Shown one piece after another: positions 1 through 10,232 of a DNA stretch of 64,000 nt. Both the position numbers and the translations under genes were made by a program. Origin of the DNA: Craspedostauros australis (lineage: Eukaryota); contig JALAGF010006229.1 in assembly GCA_030167865.1 (NCBI GenBank), positions 1-64,000 on the forward strand, written 5' to 3'. The notes below the pieces were generated by a model. The model worked only from the letters and a program-made list of their open reading frames with translations. It was not told the origin of the DNA and made no database searches. Within the stretch, counting starts at the first letter, position 1. The number at the start of each line of letters is the position of its first letter.

Positions 1-1618
1 TTTCCGGGCATGCGTGGTATTCGCATGGAGATGTAAGGCCACCCATGGAGTGTTTATCCATGTGCCTCCGTTCTTTTTGTGTTCATCTCTTGCTTCGTCT
101 GATACCTGTCCTAGGAATTTGGTCCTTCCTCCTACCTTCAGCTTGGGCTGGATTTTCTCCAGGAGTTTGTTGATCACCCCGATGGTCTGCTTTGCGTTGG
201 TGAAGTTTCCCGAGTATGCTAGAAAGCCCACGTCGGTGATGTTCTCNGCATCCTTCAGGNCTCTGATGTACGCGTATTCCCCNGTTGCGTATCCTCCCTC
301 CATCTCCGCTCGTCGACTGGTGAGTGCATTCAGGTTCTGACTGCCACCCAGTTTCAGTTGCATGTAGACGTCTGTCTCTTTTGGGTTGGGTTTCGCTCGG
401 CACACAAACTTCTTGAGTTCGTCCCAGTTCGTGGGAATTGGCTCGCTGTCTGAGATAGTGCCTGCGGACTTGTGTCTCTTGTACCATGGGTATATGACCA
501 GCTTTGGTTCGATGGTCAGAGTGTGGTCGAACCAGAGTTCAAACCTGGATTGGAAGTCTCGGATTGGCGTGGATGAGTTCTTTGGAATGGTCAGCCGGAG
601 GTCGAATCTTTCATTGAACTTCCTTTTTGGGGTTGCCATCATCTGCACAGAGGAAGCTTTCACGCGAACCCAAGGTTCCTTGTTAGTGGGGTCCTTGTCT
701 TCTGGTGCCGCCGTGTTGGATGTTTCATCTGGTGCTATCACCCTCACTTTGTGTTTTGGGGGCGTCTTGACCACGTGTTGGGTGAGCGATGTCTGCCTTG
801 TTCGTTTGACCAGTATCGATTCCAGTTGGATTCCGTCCATGTCGTCGTCGCTATCTGAAGATGCTTCTTGTGCCATGACGACATCGGAGAATTGGCATCC
901 CATGTATCGTACCGCCGCTGCCCACGCCAGTGTCATTTGGNNNNNNNNNNNNNNNNNNNNNNNNNNNNNNNNNNNNNNNNNNNNNNNNNNTCCGTCCATG
1001 TCGTCGTCGCTATCCGAAGATGCTTCTTGTGCCATGACGACATCGGAGAATTGGCATCCCATGTATCGTACCGCTGCTGCCCACGCCAGTGTCATTTGGT
1101 TACGCGCCATAGACTTGCCGTCTGTGTGCATCTCCATCTTGAAGCATTCGGCCGGGTCTGTTTTGGAGAGGTCCGCCACCAATTGCTTGATTTTTNNNNN
1201 NNNNNNNNNNNNNNNNNNNNNNNNNNNNNNNNNNNNNNNNNNNNNNNNNNNNNNNNNNNNNNNNNNNNNNNNNNNNNNNNNNNNTGTCCTTCCCTTCCCA
1301 CTCCGCTTTCTGGATGTACATCCGTTTGGCTCTGTCGTGCAGGGAGGATGGACCCTCGTCGTAGACGTCGGTCGCTTTGATTGCCTTGGCGTTCTCTGCC
1401 ACCCGCTTTGGGAGCTTTTTCCATCGTGATGTCTCCGGTTCATGCCACTGGATGGCTATTCTGTTCTGTTTCTCCATCAGTTCTGCCTCCACAACCTTCG
1501 GATCTGGCTCTGGGGGTGGCTTAGGTCCTCCTGCTGTTACTGATGCCATGCTTTGGTTCGTAGAGTGCTCCTTATCGTTGGGATGTTGCTTCAAACTTGT
1601 GCNGTTTTTTGANGTCAT
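1..1618 (-). mobile_element. Non-LTR retrotransposon (LINE, probably Ambal-like) ORF1, 5' part; interrupted by N gaps and running off the window start
   Basis: ATG at 1618 (MxSKNxTSLKQ...). After the 1195-1284 gap a minus frame reads KIKQLVADLSKTDPAECFKM...RFDLRLTIPKNSSTP...IEPKLVIYPW...IPTNWDELKKF...VYMQLKLG...DVGFLAYS...VGGRTKFLG...VALHLH without a stop up to position 1, so the ORF track omits it. The motif order resembles ORF1 of diatom LINEs as I recall them. Ambiguous bases and gaps fit a multicopy repeat. Confidence 0.6.
832..1099. repeat. 109-bp direct duplication (832-940 and 991-1099) flanking a 50-N gap
   Basis: The copies differ at two substitutions (TATCTGAAG/TATCCGAAG and ACCGCCGCT/ACCGCTGCT). 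This is the usual pattern of an unmerged contig overlap. Confidence 0.9.
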
Positions 1619-2527
1619 GGTCGGTTTGTTGCTGTTCTCGTCCTACTTGAGGATTCCGTAGAATCTGTACTGGTGTCAGAGTTTTTGTTTTGGATTTGGA
1701 TTTTGTTAGTGTTATCGTTGGTTTGTGTTTTTTGGGTTCTCGTCATTATCCATCCTATCCGAGAACTTCGAGTCAATCGAAGACATTCTCGCCAATTCGG
1801 TCGTCATCAACCGCATATTGGAAGCGGACAACACAGAGACGATCCCAGAGACGGATCTACACTACATCCTTGGAGGATGTATGCGTGTACTCTTGCGAGA
1901 GCGATCACGCGTCCACCCATATGATCCAGCCACGGGATCACACCGAAGCAACACGATTCCATCGGACTACGCGCAGCTATCCGATGAGACCGACGACGGA
2001 CATCACGAGAATCCATGGAACGAACATGGAGTTCATGAAGACGACGATGACGGCAGCTTCGACGACGAGATAGCTGCAGCAGCCATGGAGCAGCTCCACG
2101 AGCTGAGCACCAAGCACAAGGACAAGGTCAACAAGGACACCTGGCTTGCCGACAGCGGAGCCTCGTGTCACATCGTCAATTCGGACGCCGCTCTCTTCAA
2201 CGTGCGGCACATCAAGTCATTCGTCCAAGTGGGAGACAGCACGAAGNNNNNNNNNNNNNNNNNNNNNNNNNNNNNNNNNNNNNNNNNNNNNNNNNNGCTT
2301 AGGTCCTCCTGCTGTTACTGATGCCATGCTTTGGTTCGTAGAGTGCTCCTTATCGTTGGGATGTTGCTTCAAACTTGTGCTGTTTTTTGATGTCATGGTC
2401 GGTTTGTTGCTGTTCTCGTCCTACTTGAGGATTCCGTAGAATCTGTACTGGTGTCAGAGTTTTTGTTTTGGATTTGGTTTTTGTTAGTGTTATCGTTGGT
2501 TTGTGTTTTTTGGGTTCTCGTCATTAT
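1519..2527. repeat. 231-bp direct duplication (1519-1749 and 2297-2527) of the LINE start codon/5' UTR region
   Basis: GCTTAGGTCC...CTCGTCATTAT occurs twice and is near-identical. The second copy starts right after the 2247-2296 N gap. Confidence 0.9.
1750..2246 (+). mobile_element. Ty1/Copia LTR-retrotransposon gag-pol fragment (aspartic protease region)
   Basis: Open frame ending ...DTWLADSGASCHIVNSDAALFNVRHIKSFVQVGDSTK. This matches the Copia protease pattern W-x-x-D-S-G-A-S-x-H followed by V-x-V-G-D/N. It is truncated by the N gap. Confidence 0.8.
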
Positions 2528-4663
2528 TGTTGGTGCTGTTGTTGTTGGTATTGCTTTTGTTCATGTTGCTGGTGGTGGTGTTATCGATGATGATATTCGT
2601 TGCTTTGCTTTGCTAGTTGCTGAGTTGCTTTTCTTAGTTGTTTGCTTTTTAGTTGTTGCTGTTGCTGATTTGTGAGATGAGGAGTGGCAGATACGAAGAC
2701 ACTTGAGAATCTCACACGATGGAGATGCCACAAGATGAATGAGGATTCATTGTCAATGCAGAGAGTGGCACCCTCTTGCAAGTAGAGAGTGGATGCTGCA
2801 ATCTCTCGCACTCGTAGTTGTACGAGTATGTTACGGTAGTCGACCAAGGATCAGCAAGGAACGACGCACCATGCACCATTCACAATCCAAGACACAAGAT
2901 GCTCCTGATGCACGTGAAGCATGATGCACATGTGCATGATGTATCTGTATATGTATGATAGAATAGATCGCATTATATGTTCATGGGAGCACCTTTGTTG
3001 GAAATCCGGGGTTATTAGTAGACTAATCTGTTATCAGTCTGTACCGTTTTAGAACTGTGAGCACAACATGCTCATCTCCTTTCGATTCCAATTTCATAAC
3101 AAGCATGATCAGCAGTAGCCATCCAAGGTTACACCCTTTAGCTTGGCTCCTTTCGTCTGCATCTCCATCTTGCGTTCATTGTGGTTCATCGCTTGCTTAG
3201 CTGAGGGTTGGAGAGTACCTACATTCGTCAAGTTCATACTCGTAGACCTGTAGGTACCTCTCCTTCGGTCTCCTGTCACCTCACTGGTCCCACTTCATTT
3301 CAGTTCCTCCCTCCGGTCATCTCGATGGTTGCCTTTGGATGCTTGGAACTTATTGTCGTCTGGATCGTGGTCTTGGGTGAATTGGGATCGCCTCTGTTTC
3401 GCTTTCTCACATTAGGTTCTCAGGGACGTGTCGACTTGTTTAGATATATTGGTTGTCGCGCTCATTCGATTCACTCAGGGCTGGTGTGTTGCCATCGTCA
3501 TAGATCTCTCGGTTCCCGACCGTTATCGGGACATGGCCGAGTAGGCCACTGGATGAGGGTGCTTGGATGTCGCATAAGACAGGTACGGCCATTGGGCTGT
3601 CCGAGTGCAACTGGTCGATTGCTAGGTTGCGGTTTGTCTGGGAGATGCTATTGAGGGTTGCGGCAATCATGGGTATCTTTGCACTTAATACCATTCCGGT
3701 TCCAGTCAGTCCTCATGGGAGCTGCGGTAGAATAGGGTATCTTTGCAAAGTCGTACCCCCGATTCCTGACACACCTTGGCACGATCGTTTTTGATACTGC
3801 GCAGGCATTCGACAAGAGGGATCGGCTTTGTTCGGCATCTTCAGGGATGTCGTGGGTTCTCAAATCGCCGTTTCCCTTTGGCGGGGTCATTCATGGTCTT
3901 CGAAGTATCCACAGGTATTGGTCCTCTCGTTCATCGATGATTCATGGTGCAACCATCGCGGCCATGATGATGGCGATGGCCAAGAGGGAGAATCGGAGTT
4001 GGCCCGAGCATGATGGCGATGTGTGTGTGGCGATGTGCGTGCGGCGATGTTGTTGTTGATGACATCTTGCCCTCTTCCTGCTTCTCTCTGTTGTTCTTGG
4101 TCTGTTGTGGCGACACTTTTGTTCTGTGAATATTAGCGTGTTCTAATTGAGGCAATATGAAGCGGTTCAAAGAGTGTTCCGATATGACAAATCAACCTCT
4201 GTTGTTGTTGTTCGTGTTCGAGTCTGTCGAAATCGAACAATCTGTGATATGCGGTAAATACATACATGTCAACATTCATATTGAAACAATTCTCAACAGA
4301 GTGTCCGATTGCAAACAAACAAACAAGAAGCAGACGCCAGTTTGACCCATTCGATCAAGTTTGAGAACATCACAGAAACGGCGGGAATGAATCCTTTCGC
4401 CCAACAACAACGCAACAGCGCAACAACACATGGAAGCCGCCCGCGGAATTCCCAAGACCAACACAACAAGCACATCGAACAGAAGCTGCTGATCTCATCC
4501 GTGTTCGTGGGTGGACAACTCGCCCTCTGCTTGTTCATCGGCTCCGGATCAACCACCCTCACGCACACACCAATGCCGCTCCAACGCAGCAACTGTTTTC
4601 AACCCTCCAAGAGAGGAAGAGACGGCAACGCGACATCTTCGGCGTCAGTGTTATCATCGACAA

Positions 4664-6250
4664 ATGAGCAGCAGCAGCAGCAGCGAAGATGGAGGCTCGG
4701 TCCTCCCAGCAACCTCTTGGATGTATCCGAAGGGAACATCAGAATCTGTCCGGGCCTTGTGCGAGGCCTGCCGAAAGGGGAACGTTGAGGCAGTCCGATC
4801 CATGCTGGAATCAGCCCAACGGGATGACCTTATCGCTGCGCGAGAAGGACCGGTTGGCACAGCTCTTCGTAGTGCTTGTCGAGGCAACTCCATCGCTGTT
4901 ATCAAGTACTTGATCGAGTCACATCACAGCAGCATCGATGTGAATGCAAAAGACGAATACGGGACGACACCGCTGATGGTCGCCTGCTGTAGGGGAAATG
5001 CGATTGCGGTGAAGGATTTGATCAATTCCAGTCACAGACAGGCAGATGTCAACATACAGGACAGCTATGGAAGAACGCTTTTGCACCACGCATGTTCGCG
5101 CAGGTGTGTCGATGTGGCCGAGTACTTGCTGCAAATGGAGCATCTTCACGCTGACCAGCTCATCCCAAACTGTCATGGGGATCTGCCGATCCACATTGCG
5201 TGCACTGAACAAGATCTTGCAATGGCGAAGCTCTTGCTGGACGCCGATCAAAACGGAACCATTTGCAACTTAGCGGGTCGGCACGGCTTTACGCCGCTTC
5301 ATCTCGCTTGCCAGTCCCACAATACAAGCATCTTGGAGCACATGATCAACTCGAAAAGCCTCGAGATTGATGCAAATATTCAGGACAACTTCGGAAATAC
5401 GCCGTTGCACCATGCTTGCCGTAGCACAGACAACGGCTCGATGAAGCTTTTGCTTGCAACAGACCAGGTAGACGTCAATCCCAACATCCAAAACCACGAA
5501 GGCAACACACAATTTCATCTGGCTTGCAAGCGTTCTCGAAGGCGCCAGGTTGAGCTCATGGCGAAGGCAGATAGAGTGCATGTAGATCTCAAAAGCATCA
5601 ATAAGGACGGCCAAACGCCATTCCATCTTGCATGTATGAATAGCGACCAAGACGTGGCACTCTATCTGGCTGAAATGAACCCAACCGTCATTGACTACAA
5701 CGTACTCATGCAAGACGAGGAAGGCAACACGCCGATTCACTACGTGTGTGAAAGAGGATTTGTTGATTTGATGAAGGCCTTGATGGCACTCGCATTGGGC
5801 CAAGTCAACGGCGCGTTCAGCATCCAGAACAATCACGGCGAGACACCGTTTCACTATGCGTGCAGCGACGATGATAGAATGGATTTCATCCGATACCTCA
5901 TGGAATCAAATCAAATCAACATTGATTTCGACATCCAGGACACAAACGGTCACACACCATTTCATTCCGCCTGCGAACAAGGGCATGTAGATGTCGTGAA
6001 GTATTTCATTGAATCGAATCAGATGGACGTGGGTGTTTACACAAGAGACAGTGCCGGCAATACGCCACTGCATATCGCATGCGCCGAAAGCAACGGAGAC
6101 TTGGTGGAGTACCTGCTCGGGTTGGACGAAGCCAACATCGGCATGACCTTGCGAAATGACGATGGCAACACGCCTCTTGATCTGACGACAACGAACCCGC
6201 AGGATTCTTTCCTTTGGCGCATCAACGAGGATACAGAGGCCGATTTCTAG
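4664..6250 (+). CDS. Ankyrin-repeat protein (about 13 repeats), probably truncated by a premature stop
   Basis: Repeated D-x-x-G-x-T-P-L/F-H-x-A-C motifs (GTTPLMVAC, GRTLLHHAC, GFTPLHLAC, GNTPLHHAC, GQTPFHLAC and others). First in-frame ATG is at 4664. Confidence 0.9.
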   Translation: MSSSSSSEDGGSVLPATSWMYPKGTSESVRALCEACRKGNVEAVRSMLESAQRDDLIAAREGPVGTALRSACRGNSIAVIKYLIESHHSSIDVNAKDEYGTTPLMVACCRGNAIAVKDLINSSHRQADVNIQDSYGRTLLHHACSRRCVDVAEYLLQMEHLHADQLIPNCHGDLPIHIACTEQDLAMAKLLLDADQNGTICNLAGRHGFTPLHLACQSHNTSILEHMINSKSLEIDANIQDNFGNTPLHHACRSTDNGSMKLLLATDQVDVNPNIQNHEGNTQFHLACKRSRRRQVELMAKADRVHVDLKSINKDGQTPFHLACMNSDQDVALYLAEMNPTVIDYNVLMQDEEGNTPIHYVCERGFVDLMKALMALALGQVNGAFSIQNNHGETPFHYACSDDDRMDFIRYLMESNQINIDFDIQDTNGHTPFHSACEQGHVDVVKYFIESNQMDVGVYTRDSAGNTPLHIACAESNGDLVEYLLGLDEANIGMTLRNDDGNTPLDLTTTNPQDSFLWRINEDTEADF

Positions 6251-6277
6251 AGGACGCTCTAGAACACTGATACCAGC

Positions 6278-6330
<53 letters not shown>

Positions 6331-7113
6331 CGCGGCGCTTCATCTGCCGGTGAGATCTGGCTGTGACAAGAATGCGGATTGTCTGGTTGGGACAATTCCC
6401 GGCGACATCGATGGTACCGTTCAAAACAAAGATGGAAATACACCACTCCATCTCACGTGTATGAACGAAAGCGTTGCATGCTCGACAGTCTGCGTGAGTT
6501 GTGCAAACTGAGCCAATGCATCTCTTCGAGGGTGAGGAGGTGTATGGATTTGGCGAAGATCGGTTCAATTTCAGCATTCAAAACAACAAAGGAGACAGCA
6601 CAGTCCACTGTGTTGGGAAGGATCGCATAGTGCCCGCCGTTGACCAAGAGATGAAGCTCACAAAACTCTACGGTCTTATCCGAAAGGAGATCGTTCCGAC
6701 GTGCAATATGGACCAAGGTTGCACCATCGAGAGCGGAGATGCGATGGATCGTTTGATCACATCAGCACAGCCATTGGCGGGCATGCAGAACAAGAACGGC
6801 GACACACCAATGCACCACGTGGCCAGACAAGGGTTTCTCAACATAGTAGAGTCGCTGATTGAAACAGACGGAGGAGCCGATGTGAGAATTCAGAATCGTG
6901 ATGGCGATACGTCATTGCATGTGGCGAGTAGGAATGCTGAGAGGGGAGTGAGTGATGGTGGTACTGCTCGATAGTACGGGCGTGACAATTGATTTGGATA
7001 TCAAGCACAACGCCGGCGAAGTTGCCATGGGCATTGTGGAACAGAAGGGGCAGAGCGGCATCGTTGCGTTGTTGGCAAGACGAAGGCGGAGACAGCGCAT
7101 CAAATTGAGGTAA
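6251..7113 (+). pseudogene. Decayed 3' continuation of the ankyrin array (stops, microsatellite, frameshifts)
   Basis: In the same frame, after TAG 6248 and TAG 6260: NAALHL...VQNKDGNTPLHLTC. In a shifted frame: IQNNKGDSTVH, QNKNGDTPMHHVARQG, QNRDGDTSLHVAS. In a third frame segment: DIKHNAGEVAMGIVEQKGQSGIVALL...TAA at 7113. Confidence 0.75.
6278..6331 (+). repeat. (AAC)18 microsatellite
   Basis: Perfect trinucleotide run, directly visible. Confidence 0.97.
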
Positions 7114-8317
7114 ACATAGCGATTGGTAAAGCAACCTTCCGTGTTACTCTTATGCTACTATTCATGATTGTAGGTGGACTCAAATCCAATATTCTGCTGC
7201 TGACGTGGCTCTCGCGTGGTCGGCAAACGCGGTTCCTGTTGCCACTGGTCGAGAAAGCGAGGGATGCAAGGGGATGGTCTGTAGCGCGACGCATGGCTCC
7301 GTAGGTAGAGCAGCAGCATTCATTTCTTTGGTCGACGACTGTTCAAGGATAGAGTGTGACGGCATGGTGTCGCAATGATCGACACGGAATTGTAGAAACC
7401 ACGATGTGTCCTTTATTGTTGATGTTCCTGCTGCGGTTGTCAGTGTTGGTGCAAGCCGAGCACGGTCCATTCGGTGACTGGGCTGACGCAATGATTGCAG
7501 CAGTGGGCGCTTCAAACGAGCCCCAGCTTTTCCGAATCCGAGGTGTCCTTTTCCATTTCAGCACATGTGCACGCAAATGGAATACATTTTTCGTGTGGAG
7601 CTTCGTTTCGAAGTACATACTGTATTGGTAGAGTGCATTGACGAAGACAGGCGTTGCTGGAGGGAGCGACCAAGTGAGGTACCATATAGTGCGCTGTTCC
7701 TTTGGCAGGAATCCATCCGCATGAAAGTGATAGTGCTTGCCACGATGTAGCATGTCTCCTTCCGACTGAGAGCAGAGAGAGAGAGAGTGCGTGCCGTGCG
7801 CGCACATACTCGTAGCAGTGCGGATATATCTGCAAGGAGGTTGCCCTGATTATCGGGATGATGCCGTAGCAAGGAAACGTGCTCGCATTCTTCTGTGGGA
7901 GCGCGAATTTAGCCCTGATGGTAGTCATGCGCTTCTCCCTCCACGTTGTTCGTGCATAGTATTCTCTTCTGTCTGAGGAAAAGGGAGCGAATGATGAAGC
8001 GATTCGTCTGCGATCTATGTCTCATCGAATGGAATCTTCAGCAGCATCCAAGCAAGGCGCCGCGACTGCATGCCGACAGCGAATATTGTGTGATATGTCT
8101 GTCACCAGCAATCTCACGCCAAACGGAGACGAGGTATTCACCATATGGTAGCCTGCTGCCGGCATATCGGCATGTTCCATCTCTCCCTTCCACACACACT
8201 ACCAGCATTTCGCCTTCTCTGTCTTCCCTCCACGATTCTCCCTGTCGCGTCCACGTTTCAAACAAATGCGACGCAACGCGATGCGATGCGACGTGATGCG
8301 TCGTTGTCGATGCTGCA

Positions 8318-9080
8318 TCATTGAAGTCTCCCCGCGGAAGGCAATTCGTATACCTTGATCAGCTTTCCACCTCTTCTAAATCGGAATGAACCGTACGCTG
8401 CTGAAAGGATGAGCAGGACGACCATTGCGATCCAGTTGACGTAGTTCGGTCTCTCAGTGAATTGTGCCCGAATGACGGATATTGCCTGCAGGATGTAGCA
8501 GACGAAGAGGCCCTCGCAGACGTGCTTTCGGAACTTCCCATCATCCACAAATCTGGCATTCCATAGAATCCAACCGCAGGCGATTCGCAAGCAGCCATAG
8601 AGCCTTTTTTATCGAGTGGGTATTCATTCGGATGAGTGCACCAGTGCAGTTGCGCGTTTGTGGGAAGAAAGATGTGTGTGCCGTGGGAAAAGGTGTGGTT
8701 TGAGCAAGCAGTTGTGACTTGGAGTCGATGAGTCAATGAACCGATCGAAGATGGGAGTTTGTGCCATTGCTGTTGTGTGGTAGGCACAACGAATGGAGCA
8801 TGCCAAGATCCTGAATCTGTTTGGTTTGGTCTGTCCCACAATGTCAGGCACAGAATAGGCAAGACGCCCTGCTCGATGTCCACTCAGCGCATGCAAGTGA
8901 GCCACAATCCCATCTCATCTCATCTCACCTGAGAGCTTCATGAAGCGAGTGGTTGTACTCTCCACCTCCGAGCTGGGCTATGGCATGATGGGGTGATAGC
9001 AAAGCCAGCGTCCCAAACATCAGCGATGCCGCTGCATCAAACGCAAACAGCCGATCAAGTTGTTCTCTTGCGTTGTTCAT
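8318..9080 (-). CDS. Small multi-pass membrane protein of unknown function (about 145 aa, 2 exons)
   Basis: Exons 9080-8929 and 8603-8318, intron GTGAG...AAAAG. Splicing joins HEALR-LYGCLRIACGWILW in frame. About 4 hydrophobic segments. Confidence 0.7.
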
Positions 9081-9382
9081 CTTGCTTCTCCAGCTCCTTC
9101 TGTGTGCGAGTGAGAGGGGGAGGCACAACAGAGGCTGCCTTTTCATTGCTGCCTTCGCTCGTCCACATTGTTCGGCGTACCAAACGGCCAAGGGTGGTGG
9201 CAAGCCACATCGTGTCATGTGATGGAGATGGGTCATCCTCCAACCAACACCACATCACGCACGCCCAAGAACGTTCCGTGGTCGTGTTGCGTGTTCTCCT
9301 TTTCCAGTTTCGATGTCGACGTGGTCGAATGAGTCCATACTCGTGTCGCCAACCCGTGAATCAATCCAATCCCATGGGACTC

Positions 9383-9556
9383 TTTGAATTCAAACTGACA
9401 ATGAACTTTATGCGTTATTCATACCCTTATACTTGTAAATATACAAGGACATCAACCGACATAACGGTATTGCGTCAACTGTGTCGTTTTCTTTGTCGGT
9501 TTGTTGCGGTTGATTTCCCGGAAGGGAGCATGACCCTCGCGCGGCAACAATTTGAA
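9383..9556. promoter_or_regulatory. Putative cell-cycle promoter motifs upstream of the Polo kinase gene
   Basis: Palindromic double CHR TTTGAATTCAAA (9383-9394), E2F-like TTTCCCGG (9514-9521) and TTTGAA (9551-9556). Function is inferred only. Confidence 0.35.
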
Positions 9557-10232
9557 CCGCCTCGTTCACCAAAAGCAAACCACCATTCCCGACCAGCAAC
9601 AACAGGAACAACAACGAAGATAGCGACAGCAAAAACGAAAGCAGCAGCAGCCACACGAGTGGCAAGTGGTGACAACGTCGCAACAACCGCCACAACAATC
9701 GCCGCAACGACTACAACAGCATCAACAAAGGTGGACACAGCCATACCTACATGCCGCCAGCAAGTCCTTCGGCTGACTTCAGACAAAGGGAACATCGCTT
9801 CGTCTCCTCCACGCCAGAGTGTGCAATCGTGTCTTACTCATACTCGTAAACTGCAACTGTCCACCAGCACGGTTGTCATCTGCAGCTCTTGCGTACATCC
9901 ACACATCCAATTGCCTCCTGCCTCTGCACCCGCACAAAGCAGCGAACTGGGCATTGAGAAAAGAGTTGAACTGCATTGCTGCGTCCAACGGAGAAGGACT
10001 CGTTTCATCACTAAGTGTCACACAACTTGGAGACGCGTATCCAGCTCCCCAACCCAACATACTTCATATCCGCATCGCCGTCGAAAGAGGTATCCCAAAG
10101 AAGAAGCACATTCTCAAAACACTGCGGACACCAGCGAGGAGGCGAGTCGAAAAGCAAACGAACAACATATACATAGACAACAGAAGACAGAAGATAGACG
10201 ATAGACGACAGACGACAGACATCACCATCATC

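Noticed and set aside
832..1099. Apparent tandem duplication as a biological repeat
   Set aside because: The copies sit on either side of a 50-N gap, so this is most likely an unmerged contig overlap.
386..1429. 347-aa plus-strand ORF
   Set aside because: It is the antisense shadow of the minus-strand LINE ORF1 and spans N gaps.
2996..3101. TGTTG...TAACA segment resembling a solo LTR
   Set aside because: It is only 106 bp, has no matching target-site duplication (ACCTT vs AGCAT), no recognisable PBS or PPT, and no second copy in the window.
7172..7190. GGTGGACTCAAATCC resembling a tRNA T-loop/B-box
   Set aside because: I could not build a cloverleaf or find an A-box around it.
8993..10204. 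403-aa plus-strand ORF upstream of PLK
   Set aside because: It has a non-ATG start, low-complexity content and no motifs, and it overlaps the opposite-strand gene and the PLK promoter/5' UTR.
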